Notes under the pieces: generated by a model
The model's database searches: none
What the model was told of the DNA's origin: nothing
Seen by the model: the letters and a program-made list of their open reading frames with translations, nothing else
Translations under genes and position numbers: made by a program
Source: a candidate division FCPU426 bacterium
GTDB lineage: Bacteria; Oederibacteriota; Muellerivitia; Muellerivitales; Muellerivitaceae
Assembly: GCA_963849245.1 (NCBI GenBank)
Contig: CAWKIY010000001.1
Coordinates: forward strand, 1 to 55,224
Direction: 5' to 3'
Length of the DNA stretch: 55,224 bases
Shown here: positions 20,803 to 29,950 of the stretch, in pieces
Numbering within the stretch: position 1 is the stretch's first letter
Layout: the number at the start of each line of letters is the position of its first letter

Positions 20803-21582
20803 ATGGAAGATCATAAAAGCGCTCTCATCATCGATACCAAGCAGGACTCCCGGCATTTACTAGCTCTTCGCCTGGAAGGTATCGGTTATAAAGTACTCAC
20901 TGCGGAAACCAAAGATCAGATTGACCGCCACCTTTTAAAAGAAAAAATCGATTTAGTCATTACCGAATGGGCCCTTCCTGGCATCGAAGGCGAAGATTTA
21001 ATCGCCTTGCTGGATCCCAACCAAAGAACAGTCTTTCTCTTCACTGATCACATTTTGGAGAACAAGACGGACTTTTTAAATCAAACCGGGGTAAAAGACT
21101 GCGTCCTGAAAAGAAAACGTTTTCAACTTTTAGAACTCATTGAAAACATAAACCGCAGTTCTCTTTCGTCAGCCGCTTTGACTTCCGGATTAAAAAGAAT
21201 ACTTTTAGTCGAAGACTCCACGGCTATCCGGCATTTCATCAAACGTGTGCTGGAAACCGAAATACCCGGTTCGGTTATTTTGGAGGCCAATAATGGCGAA
21301 CAAGCTTTCAATGAAGCACTTCAGGGAAATATTGATTTCATTATCACCGATTTAGAAATGCCAGGAATCGACGGAAAAGCTTTTTTGAAAATGGTCCGTG
21401 AAGAACCCCTTTTAAAATCGAAACCCGTATTGGTATTAACCGCTTGTTCTTTGCGCGAATTAAAAGAAGCTTACAAGCAAGACACCCTGACCTCCTTTCT
21501 GATTAAACCCGCTAGTGTGTCTCAAATCATGCAAGCGCTATCACCTTTAATCGGTCAACAGCCGCTGCTTGAAAAAGCGTAA
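20803..21582 (+). CDS. Tandem receiver-domain protein (degenerate REC plus canonical REC)
   Basis: Domain 1 LIIDT..LVITEWALP (Asp replaced by Glu); domain 2 LLVEDS..IITDLEMPGIDG..LTA..LIKP. Confidence 0.85.
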   Translation: MEDHKSALIIDTKQDSRHLLALRLEGIGYKVLTAETKDQIDRHLLKEKIDLVITEWALPGIEGEDLIALLDPNQRTVFLFTDHILENKTDFLNQTGVKDCVLKRKRFQLLELIENINRSSLSSAALTSGLKRILLVEDSTAIRHFIKRVLETEIPGSVILEANNGEQAFNEALQGNIDFIITDLEMPGIDGKAFLKMVREEPLLKSKPVLVLTACSLRELKEAYKQDTLTSFLIKPASVSQIMQALSPLIGQQPLLEKA

Positions 21583-21835
21583 TCTAATGATGGCGTCCCT
21601 TCTCCCACGAAATAAGGATAATTCGCCTAGGGAAGTCTTTTTAATCGGCCTCCTTTTCGCCGCCATTGTTTATACGCTCAAAAGCGACGTAAACGATTTG
21701 TTTTAATTCAAATAATAACCAGTTAATTAGAAACCAAGTCTCGGTCCTTAACTTGACCAGGCTCTTGCCCCTACCTATACTCGGCCCCATGGCAAAGTCC
21801 TACAATCAAATCACCGGACAAATTAATCCCGCCTT

Positions 21836-24313
21836 ATGACCCTCACTTCCCTTCCCATTGACGCTCTTATTCCGCAAATCCTCGGGGTTTTGGAAAAAAA
21901 CAATTCAGCCGTTGTCGTTGCCCAACCCGGCGCGGGTAAAACCACCCGGGTGCCTCCGGCCCTGCTTGCCTCCTCTTTCGCCCTAGGAAAAGAAATCTGG
22001 GTTTTGCAGCCCCGGCGCTTAGCCGCAAAAATGGCCGCTATGCGTGTGGCTGAAGAATTGGGCGAAGCCCCCGGTAAAAGGGTCGGCTACCAATTTCGTT
22101 TCGAAAAATGCCTTGGGCCCGAAACCCGTCTGAGATTCTTAACCGACGGCATGCTGCTGCCTCTCGCCCAAGCGGACCCTACTCTGGCTTCTGTGGCCGC
22201 GGTCATTTTGGATGAATTTCACGAACGCAGCCTCGAACTGGAATTAGGCTTAGCCTGGCTTCGCCGTCTCCAACTGGGTTCCCGGCCCGACTTACGGCTG
22301 TTAGTCATGAGCGCCACTTTAGATTCCCAGGCCCTTTCGGATTATCTCTCCGGCTGTCAGGTCTTTAAAAGCGAAGGACGTACTTTTCCTGTCACGGTGG
22401 AATATCTTCCATTACCCGAACAGCCGGACCTGAGCCTCAAAGTGCGCTCCGCGGTCCGTCAGCTCGCGGTCAAGGCCCCCGGCACAACCCTGGTTTTTCT
22501 TCCCGGCCTCCCTGAAATTAAACGCTGTCAAAACATCTTGGCTCAGGAACCTTTTGAAGTTCACGCTCTTTATGGCGGTCTCCCCGTGGAAGAACAGCAG
22601 AGGGTTCTCAATCCCACCCGCAGCAACAAAGTTATTCTTAGCACGAATGTGGCTGAAACGTCCCTGACCGTCCCCGGGGTCACCGCGGTGGTGGACGCAG
22701 GGCTCACCCGGCAATCCCGTGTTTCCAGTTGGTCCGGACTCAACAGTCTGGTCACTATCCCGGCCAGCCAAGCCTCTTCCGCCCAAAGGACCGGCCGGGC
22801 CGGACGTTTGCAGGCGGGACTTTGTCTTCGACTCTTTACCAAATATGATTTTGAGCACCGGGCGGCCTTTGACCTGCCGGAACTTTTACGCGCCGACCTA
22901 TCCCGCAGTGTGCTGGACCTGCTGAGTCTGGGTGTGGACAGCATCGAAGCCTTCCCTTGGTTTTTAAAACCTTCTCCCGGCGCGCTGGACGCTGCCCATC
23001 TTTTATTGAGGCGCCTTGGCGCGCTCAACCCGAAAAATCAACTGACTGAAACAGGCAAGCAAATGGCCCGACTGCCCGTGCCGCCAAGATTGGCGAAATT
23101 ACTAATGGAAATCAAAACTCTCGCTCCCAATGACCCGGAAACTCTCCGTGAAGCCTGCCAGCTTGCCGCTTTTATCAGTGAGGAGAGGACTGGGTCCGAG
23201 GACTTGTTAGATGAACTTCGAAAATACCAGCCCGGGTTCGAGGCTTCCCGTCTTGAAGACAAGCTAAACTGGCTGATGGAATTGGGCCGCGGTTCGGCAG
23301 GAAAGAAAAACAAGTCAGCGGATCAAGGCCTTCTAGCTAAAGGATTGCTCTGCGCCTTTCCCGACCGGGTCGCCCGAATCAGACCTACCGACGCCATGGG
23401 TGCCCGCCACCAGGGGCCGCCCAAAAAAGAACTTTTGCTTTGCGCTGGCGGCAGCGCGGTCGCGAGCGACAGCGCCTTCACCCGGGAACATGAATATTTT
23501 GTTGTTGTGGAGGCGCAGGAAATTACCCAAGGTGTCCATGGCCGGCTAGGTGAAGGCGCCAGGGCCCAATCCAAAGTAAGGTCCATGTGTCCCATTGAGG
23601 TGGACTGGCTTCTCGATCTTTTTCCCGGCGATTTAGTGGAGGAACAAACTTGCGAATGGAATAGCAAAGCCCAAAGGGTGGAAGGCTTTAAACGTCTCAA
23701 GTACGATCAATTAGTTTTAGATGAAAAAACCCTGTCCGTCAAAGACTTCGGACCTGAAGCTGAGTCGCTTTTATTAAAACAAGCCTTATCCGCGGGTCCC
23801 GTCTCTTATTGCGATCCGGAAGAATTAGCTAATTTTTTAAACCAGTTAAGTTTTGTGAGTGAAAGAACAAAAGAATTCCCAGCCCTTTCAGAAGAAACCG
23901 TACAAAAAACTTTAAAAGAACTTTGCAAAGGCTGCCGCAGCCTCGAGGATTTAAAATCAGCGGGACTGGTCAGAACCCTCAAAAGCCACCTCTCTTCGAA
24001 AGATCAAGCGCTGCTCGAACGCCTCGCGCCGCAGCAATTACCCCTTCCTGGCGGCCGCAAATTAACCATTCATTACGAATCGGGAAAACCACCCTGGGGT
24101 GAATCCCGCCTTCAGGATTTTTTGGGCATGAATAATGGCCCTGCTGTAGGCGGGGGCGAAGTACCTGTCGTATTGCACCTTCTTTCCCCCGGACATAAAC
24201 CCGTTCAGATCACCAGTGACTTGGCTGGATTCTGGCAAAAGCATTACCCCCAAATCCGTAAAGAGCTCATGCGCCGCTATCCCCGCCATAAATGGCCGGA
24301 AAACCCTATTTAA
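21836..24313 (+). CDS. hrpB: ATP-dependent RNA helicase HrpB
   Basis: PGAGKTTRVP, QPRRLAA, DEFHER, MSAT, STNVAETSLT, QRTGRAGR; C-terminal LHLLSP..PVQITSDLAGFW..YP.IRKEL.RRYPRHKWPENP. Confidence 0.96.
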   Translation: MTLTSLPIDALIPQILGVLEKNNSAVVVAQPGAGKTTRVPPALLASSFALGKEIWVLQPRRLAAKMAAMRVAEELGEAPGKRVGYQFRFEKCLGPETRLRFLTDGMLLPLAQADPTLASVAAVILDEFHERSLELELGLAWLRRLQLGSRPDLRLLVMSATLDSQALSDYLSGCQVFKSEGRTFPVTVEYLPLPEQPDLSLKVRSAVRQLAVKAPGTTLVFLPGLPEIKRCQNILAQEPFEVHALYGGLPVEEQQRVLNPTRSNKVILSTNVAETSLTVPGVTAVVDAGLTRQSRVSSWSGLNSLVTIPASQASSAQRTGRAGRLQAGLCLRLFTKYDFEHRAAFDLPELLRADLSRSVLDLLSLGVDSIEAFPWFLKPSPGALDAAHLLLRRLGALNPKNQLTETGKQMARLPVPPRLAKLLMEIKTLAPNDPETLREACQLAAFISEERTGSEDLLDELRKYQPGFEASRLEDKLNWLMELGRGSAGKKNKSADQGLLAKGLLCAFPDRVARIRPTDAMGARHQGPPKKELLLCAGGSAVASDSAFTREHEYFVVVEAQEITQGVHGRLGEGARAQSKVRSMCPIEVDWLLDLFPGDLVEEQTCEWNSKAQRVEGFKRLKYDQLVLDEKTLSVKDFGPEAESLLLKQALSAGPVSYCDPEELANFLNQLSFVSERTKEFPALSEETVQKTLKELCKGCRSLEDLKSAGLVRTLKSHLSSKDQALLERLAPQQLPLPGGRKLTIHYESGKPPWGESRLQDFLGMNNGPAVGGGEVPVVLHLLSPGHKPVQITSDLAGFWQKHYPQIRKELMRRYPRHKWPENPI

Positions 24314-24477
24314 TAGGGTCTTTTCATGCTCTTCACCCTCCTCTCAAAAACAAATGATCCAAAGAATATTTTCTGACAAACATTATTTTCTGACTTAAGC
24401 CAACAAATCCCCATTTAAAGGACTATCCTAGATCTATAACAAACGAATAAGGCTGTATTGGAAAGGATGTCAGACAC

Positions 24478-24750
24478 ATGGAAATTAACACAAAAGATTT
24501 GGGGAAAATTGTCGAACTACCCGTAAAGCCTGAATGGGGTATGGGCATCATCGGAAAAATGGATATGCGTTTCGCCTATATAATTTTTGATAAGTCCGAC
24601 GATGGACTCGCCAAAAAGTTCTACCTCAATGAAAATCCATTGAAGCTGGCCGCTAATCAAGACGAGCCGGCCCTCGTTAAAAAAGCCCGTTTCAAAAACC
24701 GAAAAATCAAAATTAAACCTAAAGCCGTCATCGAAGAAACAATTTCATAA
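24478..24750 (+). CDS. Small SH3-like protein (DUF3553-like)
   Basis: V..P.KPEWG.G.I motif; RBS AAGGA upstream. Confidence 0.55.
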   Translation: MEINTKDLGKIVELPVKPEWGMGIIGKMDMRFAYIIFDKSDDGLAKKFYLNENPLKLAANQDEPALVKKARFKNRKIKIKPKAVIEETIS

Positions 24751-24768
24751 ATCATTGAGCACTCTTTC

Positions 24769-24803
24769 CTCCCTCCCGTAAAACGAGAGGGAGCTTTTTC
24801 TTT
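24769..24803 (+). terminator. Probable intrinsic terminator
   Basis: CTCCCTC..GAGGGAG stem followed by a T-rich tail, just after the stop at 24750. Confidence 0.55.
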
Positions 24804-24910
24804 ATTCTCCCTTCCTTCCCGCCGTCAGAAATTTAACCTCAAAAACATTATCAACTTATGCGAAAATGTTTTGCCTATAGTCGGCGGACATCTTCTGTGG
24901 ATGGAAACAA

Positions 24911-25894
24911 GTGATGACTAAAAAAACCGCTTTTGTTACCGGCGCGGCTGGATTCTTTGGCGCGAATCTGGTCCGGGAACTCCTCTCGCAAAATTGGAAA
25001 GTTATCGCTTTTCATCGGTCCAGCTCCGATCTTTGGCGGTTAAAAGGACTCGATATCGTTTTAAAAGAGGGTTCTTTTTTCGATCAAGATTCGTTGGAAT
25101 CAGCCCTGCCCGATCAGGCAGACGCCGTCTTTCACACCGCCGCTAAAGTTAGTTTTTGGCGGGGGAACAACGCTTCCCTTCAACGGGACAATGTCGAAGC
25201 GACCCAAGCGATAATTAAAGCGGCCCTCAAGCGAAAAGCCAAACGCTTCATTCACACCTCCACCGTAGGGGTCTATGGTTTTTCTCACCCTCTCATTGAT
25301 GAAAGTTTTCCCAAAGAAGGCCTGCACTCATTTGTGGGTTATCTCAAAACCAAAACCCTGGCCGAAATTGAAATTTTAAAAGCAGTTGAGAAAGGCCTTG
25401 ATGCGGTCATCTTAAATCCCGCCACCATCCTGGGTCCTCTGGACCGGGATCATTGGGGTGAATCCATGCGTAAGGTCAAAGAAGGGAAAATGCCCGGAGC
25501 GCCTCCCGGCGCCGCCTCTTTTGTACACGCGGTTGAAGCGGCCAAAGCCCATGTGGCGGCGGTTGAGCGCGGAAAGAAAGGCGAGAATTATATTTTAGCG
25601 GGAACAAACGCGACTTACGTAGAAGTCTTTCGTGTTATCGAGGAGATTTTCGGATTAAAACCCAAGATAAAACGCATCCCCAAAATTCCGCTGCAGATTT
25701 TCGCCCTGCTTTCCCAACTCGCGTCCCCGTTCATCCGAAAAGAACCATCGGTGACTCCTGAAGTTTTAACAGTTCTGGCCGACAATGTTTTCCAAGACTC
25801 GAAAAAGGCCAAAAATGAGCTGGGTCTAAAAGCCAGGCCCCTGAAAGAAATGCTTCTGGATTGCTGGAATAGTCTGCCCCCATCAACAACTTAA
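24911..25894 (+). CDS. NAD-dependent epimerase/dehydratase (extended SDR, dihydroflavonol-reductase/HpnA-like)
   Basis: VTGAAGFFG, FHTAA, HTST, YLKTK (YxxxK), ILNP..ILGP, GENYIL. Confidence 0.88.
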   Translation: MMTKKTAFVTGAAGFFGANLVRELLSQNWKVIAFHRSSSDLWRLKGLDIVLKEGSFFDQDSLESALPDQADAVFHTAAKVSFWRGNNASLQRDNVEATQAIIKAALKRKAKRFIHTSTVGVYGFSHPLIDESFPKEGLHSFVGYLKTKTLAEIEILKAVEKGLDAVILNPATILGPLDRDHWGESMRKVKEGKMPGAPPGAASFVHAVEAAKAHVAAVERGKKGENYILAGTNATYVEVFRVIEEIFGLKPKIKRIPKIPLQIFALLSQLASPFIRKEPSVTPEVLTVLADNVFQDSKKAKNELGLKARPLKEMLLDCWNSLPPSTT

Positions 25895-25933
25895 ATTGAG
25901 AACAAGAAACGGCTCTTTCTGAAGTAAACACTG

Positions 25934-25961
25934 GAGTGCTTAGGTTGATACCTAAGCACTC
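25934..25961. terminator. Hairpin between convergent genes (possible bidirectional terminator)
   Basis: GAGTGCTTAGGT-TGAT-ACCTAAGCACTC, a perfect 12-bp stem. Confidence 0.6.
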
Positions 25962-26000
25962 TCCTTTCAGCAAAGCGTCATTTTAATTAAAAAGAAGGAT

Positions 26001-26855
26001 TTACTTTTTAAATCTCAAATATTCGATCTTAGGTTTTAAAACCTCTTCGGATCGACTTTCAGCTATTTTCATCAAAATTTCCGAATAGCTCGCGATAGCA
26101 TGATCTGAAATAAGAGTCTTGAAAGCCAAGGTAAAGACAGCCCTTAGCTGCACTCCTATTCTTATGAAAACCGCCGCGCTCCCTGGAATAATTTCGTTCA
26201 AATCATTGATAAAACGAATATCCCCAATTTGGCTGTAACCAAAACAAAAAGGCGGAAGGGCCGGAACAACATCATTTGAATGCACAACCCGGTAAACCGG
26301 GACTTTATAAAAATAAATCACTTCTTTTAAATCGCAGATTCGAGGAGATCCGAAAGTATAACAAGCGCCAAAACGGTCCGTGTTCGGCAAATTAATTGCC
26401 GCCATAATCGCTATAGCCCCGCCCAAACTATGGCCGCAGAGATAAATCGGAACTCTCATCTTTTTTAAAGCTCTCATTATTTCATTTTCCATGGATTTAA
26501 AAGCCGTATAAAATCCGTCGTGAAATTCCCCCGGGCCTTTTTTATAAAACCAAAAGTTCAAATCAGTCTTCACCGTTCCCCATTCGCTCGGCACCGTCCC
26601 TTTAAAGGCTAAAACAGCGAATCCATGTTTTGCCGAAACCGCCAAATAGCCCGCGTTTTGCTCAGTTCCCTTAAAACATTGAATTAATTTAAAATCGCCC
26701 TCGGCTAATCCCGCCCGGAGCTTTTTCTCATCCTCTAAATAGGCTAATTCCGCGCATTGGGACATAATCCAGGAAGTCCGGTCCGAATAGGCCGCCCGAG
26801 CGATCGGCGCTTTCAGAAGTTTTAGATCGCTGAAAAATTGATTGAAAGTCGGCAT
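26001..26855 (-). CDS. Class 3 lipase family protein
   Basis: VLAFKGT, HDGF, CGHSLGGA (GxSxG), YTFGSPR, YRVVHSNDVVP, DH.I..Y. Confidence 0.9.
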   Translation of the reverse strand: MPTFNQFFSDLKLLKAPIARAAYSDRTSWIMSQCAELAYLEDEKKLRAGLAEGDFKLIQCFKGTEQNAGYLAVSAKHGFAVLAFKGTVPSEWGTVKTDLNFWFYKKGPGEFHDGFYTAFKSMENEIMRALKKMRVPIYLCGHSLGGAIAIMAAINLPNTDRFGACYTFGSPRICDLKEVIYFYKVPVYRVVHSNDVVPALPPFCFGYSQIGDIRFINDLNEIIPGSAAVFIRIGVQLRAVFTLAFKTLISDHAIASYSEILMKIAESRSEEVLKPKIEYLRFKK

Positions 26856-27000
26856 AAGTTGAGTTTTCCTTTCAAACTCTTCAATTAGAAACCTATTTTG
26901 ATCCTAACTAGAATTAGCTATTTGAAGAAGACTTCACCAAAAATTAAAGCACGAGCGTGAATAGGCTGGAGTAACGAAAACTTTCGAGTGCTTCGGGGGA

Positions 27001-27459
27001 TTATCGGGGTTTGCTGGCCTGTTGGCGGAGTTTTTCAGACAAAAGATAACGGCTTAAGCGATCCATGCCATCCCGGTCCAAAGCCAGTATCAAAACTCCC
27101 GCGTTATACATGGTCTTTCCCAACTCGAAAAAGGAACTGGATCTTTTCACTTCGGCGAGAAAAGTCACCGGAACTTTATATTGGGGAAGTTGAAGGGATA
27201 TTTCCACATGTTCCCCCAAGGCAAAGGGATGTTCGCCTGAAATAGCCAATCCCCCCTCGGAGATATCCTTGGTGACCGCGTGATAAACGTTAAATTTCTG
27301 GGATAAATCAGGTAAATGTTCGGCCGTCGTTTGGCTGTAGCGAGGTTGATCTAACGCTCCCATTTTTTCAGCGGCGTCCAGAACCCGATAGGATACCCTT
27401 AAAGTGGCCGATACGCGTTCTTGACGACGTTGTTCCATCCAACCATTTTGAACAGCCAT
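27001..27459 (-). CDS. PilZ domain (c-di-GMP-binding) protein
   Basis: EQRRQERV (RxxxR) and DISEGG (D/NxSxxG) motifs. Confidence 0.88.
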   Translation of the reverse strand: MAVQNGWMEQRRQERVSATLRVSYRVLDAAEKMGALDQPRYSQTTAEHLPDLSQKFNVYHAVTKDISEGGLAISGEHPFALGEHVEISLQLPQYKVPVTFLAEVKRSSSFFELGKTMYNAGVLILALDRDGMDRLSRYLLSEKLRQQASKPR

Positions 27460-27584
27460 TTAAAATCCTCCGGCGAATCCACGTCTTTTCTGTTAAAACT
27501 TACCCAATTTTATCGCAGATAGATTCAAACAGGGTAAAAAAGGATTTAACCATTTCTCAAGAAACCGGGCCAAAAACCGCTTTC

Positions 27585-28295
27585 TTAACTTTGAGATTCG
27601 ATTTGGGCCATTTGATCCTTGGCCATATGCATCATGTCACGGGCGAGGTCGGCGATACGGGGAAAACTGCGAATCTCTTTACTGGCTAAAGCCTGCTCAT
27701 AAAATCGGCGCGCTTCTTTAAACAATCCCTGCCGGCGATTCAGCTCACCGATTAAATAAAAAACCCCGGGTTCTCCCAAATTTTCCGGTAGATCCGAACC
27801 TTTCTCTAAAAACTCAAGATAAGCCTGCGCCGCTTGACCCATCGCTGCCTTCTCTTTGGCGTCTTCTTTCATCATGCGATACAGCCAAACCAGATGTAAA
27901 TAAAGGCCCGCTAGAATGCCCAAGTTTCCGTAAGACCTCATCTTCATGAAAGCGATGGCTAATTCATGCCGTTTAATCGCAACTTCAGGGGTGCTGGGGC
28001 CTAAACCAAAAATATCAGGTTTTTTACGGTCCGACTGCTTCAATTGGCGGCTGGCTTCCATGACTTTAGGCTCAGCCTGAGCCCGAATAGAGTCAAAATC
28101 TTTGTTGAGCGCGGCGAAAGTGCATTGCGGACAAACCGTTATCGCGTAAATATAGGGGCATTCGCCATCGTAAATTCCGCCAAAGTCACTTTCTTTTTCC
28201 TTCATCTTGATAGCCGAGGACCGTAAACGAGTAGTTTCAAACTCCGAACCGCAAAAAGGGCATTTTAACTTTTTATTCCAAAGCGGATTACTCAT
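27585..28295 (-). CDS. DUF2225 family protein (Zn-finger plus TPR-like)
   Basis: KCPFCG.EF, ESDF, VCPQC.FAA, L..WLYR, YLIGELNRR.G...EA. Confidence 0.85.
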   Translation of the reverse strand: MSNPLWNKKLKCPFCGSEFETTRLRSSAIKMKEKESDFGGIYDGECPYIYAITVCPQCTFAALNKDFDSIRAQAEPKVMEASRQLKQSDRKKPDIFGLGPSTPEVAIKRHELAIAFMKMRSYGNLGILAGLYLHLVWLYRMMKEDAKEKAAMGQAAQAYLEFLEKGSDLPENLGEPGVFYLIGELNRRQGLFKEARRFYEQALASKEIRSFPRIADLARDMMHMAKDQMAQIESQS

Positions 28296-28422
28296 GAAAC
28301 TACCTTCCCTTTCGTTGGTTCAACCGTAGCTTTTCCCTAAACCCTTTAAAACCGGCAGAATTATATAACATCTCAGGGATTTCTTGGGAACCAGGAGATT
28401 TTCCTTAAAAAGCTTTCTCATT

Positions 28423-28989
28423 TCACGATAAGGAAGTAGGCTCGCCCATCTCAGGTTTATTTAAAAGCACCCTAAAATATTTAATAAAAGCCGTATGCTG
28501 CCGATACATAAACTCAAAAAGGGCGTCATGAAGGCTGGTATTCTTCTCACTTCCTAAACGCCGTAATAGATCGGTCACGCAAAAATAACGAGGTCCCGGC
28601 CCCTTCGGATCTTCATGGCTAATCCAATGAATTTGCAGTTCCTCAACGATTCCCATTATTTTCAGGCAGAGTTCCATCCTTTCGGCGCCATCGCGAATCA
28701 TGATCCATTCGGGACTTCGGAGGTTTTCCACCACATAATCATCCACAATATCCTGGCTGTCGAAGACATCAATTTCATTGGCAATAAAATCTTCCTTCAT
28801 AGTTTGAGCCAAATTACAGGCATTGAGGGCGAGAACTAAATTCAACAACTCATCTCTTTCCACATTGGAAATCTGGATTTCCTTGAACAAGGCCGCGCTT
28901 TCTCTCAATCCGGTCACCTGAATCAGGCTTTTGGCCACTTTAAGACTGGCTCCCTCGAAAAAAGTAAACATGGAACTATTCACTCCCAA
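28423..28989 (-). CDS. Hypothetical protein
   Basis: Intact 188-aa ORF, co-oriented with the DUF2225 and PilZ genes; no recognisable motif. Confidence 0.6.
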   Translation of the reverse strand: MGVNSSMFTFFEGASLKVAKSLIQVTGLRESAALFKEIQISNVERDELLNLVLALNACNLAQTMKEDFIANEIDVFDSQDIVDDYVVENLRSPEWIMIRDGAERMELCLKIMGIVEELQIHWISHEDPKGPGPRYFCVTDLLRRLGSEKNTSLHDALFEFMYRQHTAFIKYFRVLLNKPEMGEPTSLS

Positions 28990-29864
28990 ATCGTTTTACC
29001 TTGAGCGCGCGCGGCTATGCCTTGGTGTTCGATCAATAGTTTACCCAGAACCTCGGACTGAGCTATATCAAAATTAAAAAGAGCCGAGTTATTTTAAAAA
29101 GATAAAAAATTAAGAGAACACGATTGAACTGGACCGATTCGCCCGTCCACGTTAGGGTCGATAACGACGAACTTTCCTAAATCGGGATAAAATAAATCCA
29201 CTTGCGACACTTATTACGCCCGCAATACCAAAAACATTCCATGTCATGCCCCTAAAACTGTCAAAAGACGTTCAAGTTCCACCTTCAGACGCCTCTTAAC
29301 AACCGCTCATCACAAAAATCTACCAAGACCAAAGTTCTAATGCGGAAAGCTCACGCCAATGAGAAAGTCCTCAATTCCCTTGTTTTTCTAACACCCCAAC
29401 CCTTAAGTCATTATTCTTCCGAATTGTTTCTTCTTTTGAATCTTTCCTTTTTCTTATAGCACTGTGATTCCTATCGATTAATTCATACTCCTAAAAAAAT
29501 CACGCCGATTCCGCCGTTTTTGCATTTAAAGCGGTTTTTTTTAAAAGATTAATCACATGAAGCGTTCACAATACGTTTGTCAAAAACGCTCGAACTTGAA
29601 AAAAACAGGTCATTTCGTGCCTATTTCTTCGGTTTCTAAAAACATTCGAAATGGGTTTTAAGGCTTTTAAAAGCAGAAAAATCGTGAGGTCATGCGATCT
29701 CGGATGTATCCCAATCCAAGCAGTTCTTGAATTCGGATATTTCCCTTATAAACAAATGGTTTTAAGAATAGTTAAAGTAATACTTGATGTAATTTTCATC
29801 TTCAAAAGGCCGCAAAACGGGTCCAAAAATTCCTTCCACTAAAACAAAACAGCTTGGCTTAAAT

Positions 29865-29902
29865 AAAAAAGGCCGCAAGGGCCTTAATGCCCTTGCGGCC
29901 TT
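29865..29902 (-). terminator. Intrinsic terminator of the 1796-aa gene
   Basis: AAGGCCGCAAGGGC-CTTAAT-GCCCTTGCGGCCTT 14-bp stem; the A-run to its left gives a U-tail on the minus strand. Confidence 0.85.
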
Positions 29903-29950
29903 CTCGAGTTTAAGACAGTCCGTCTTACCCACTGGAACTTCCCTCTCCCC

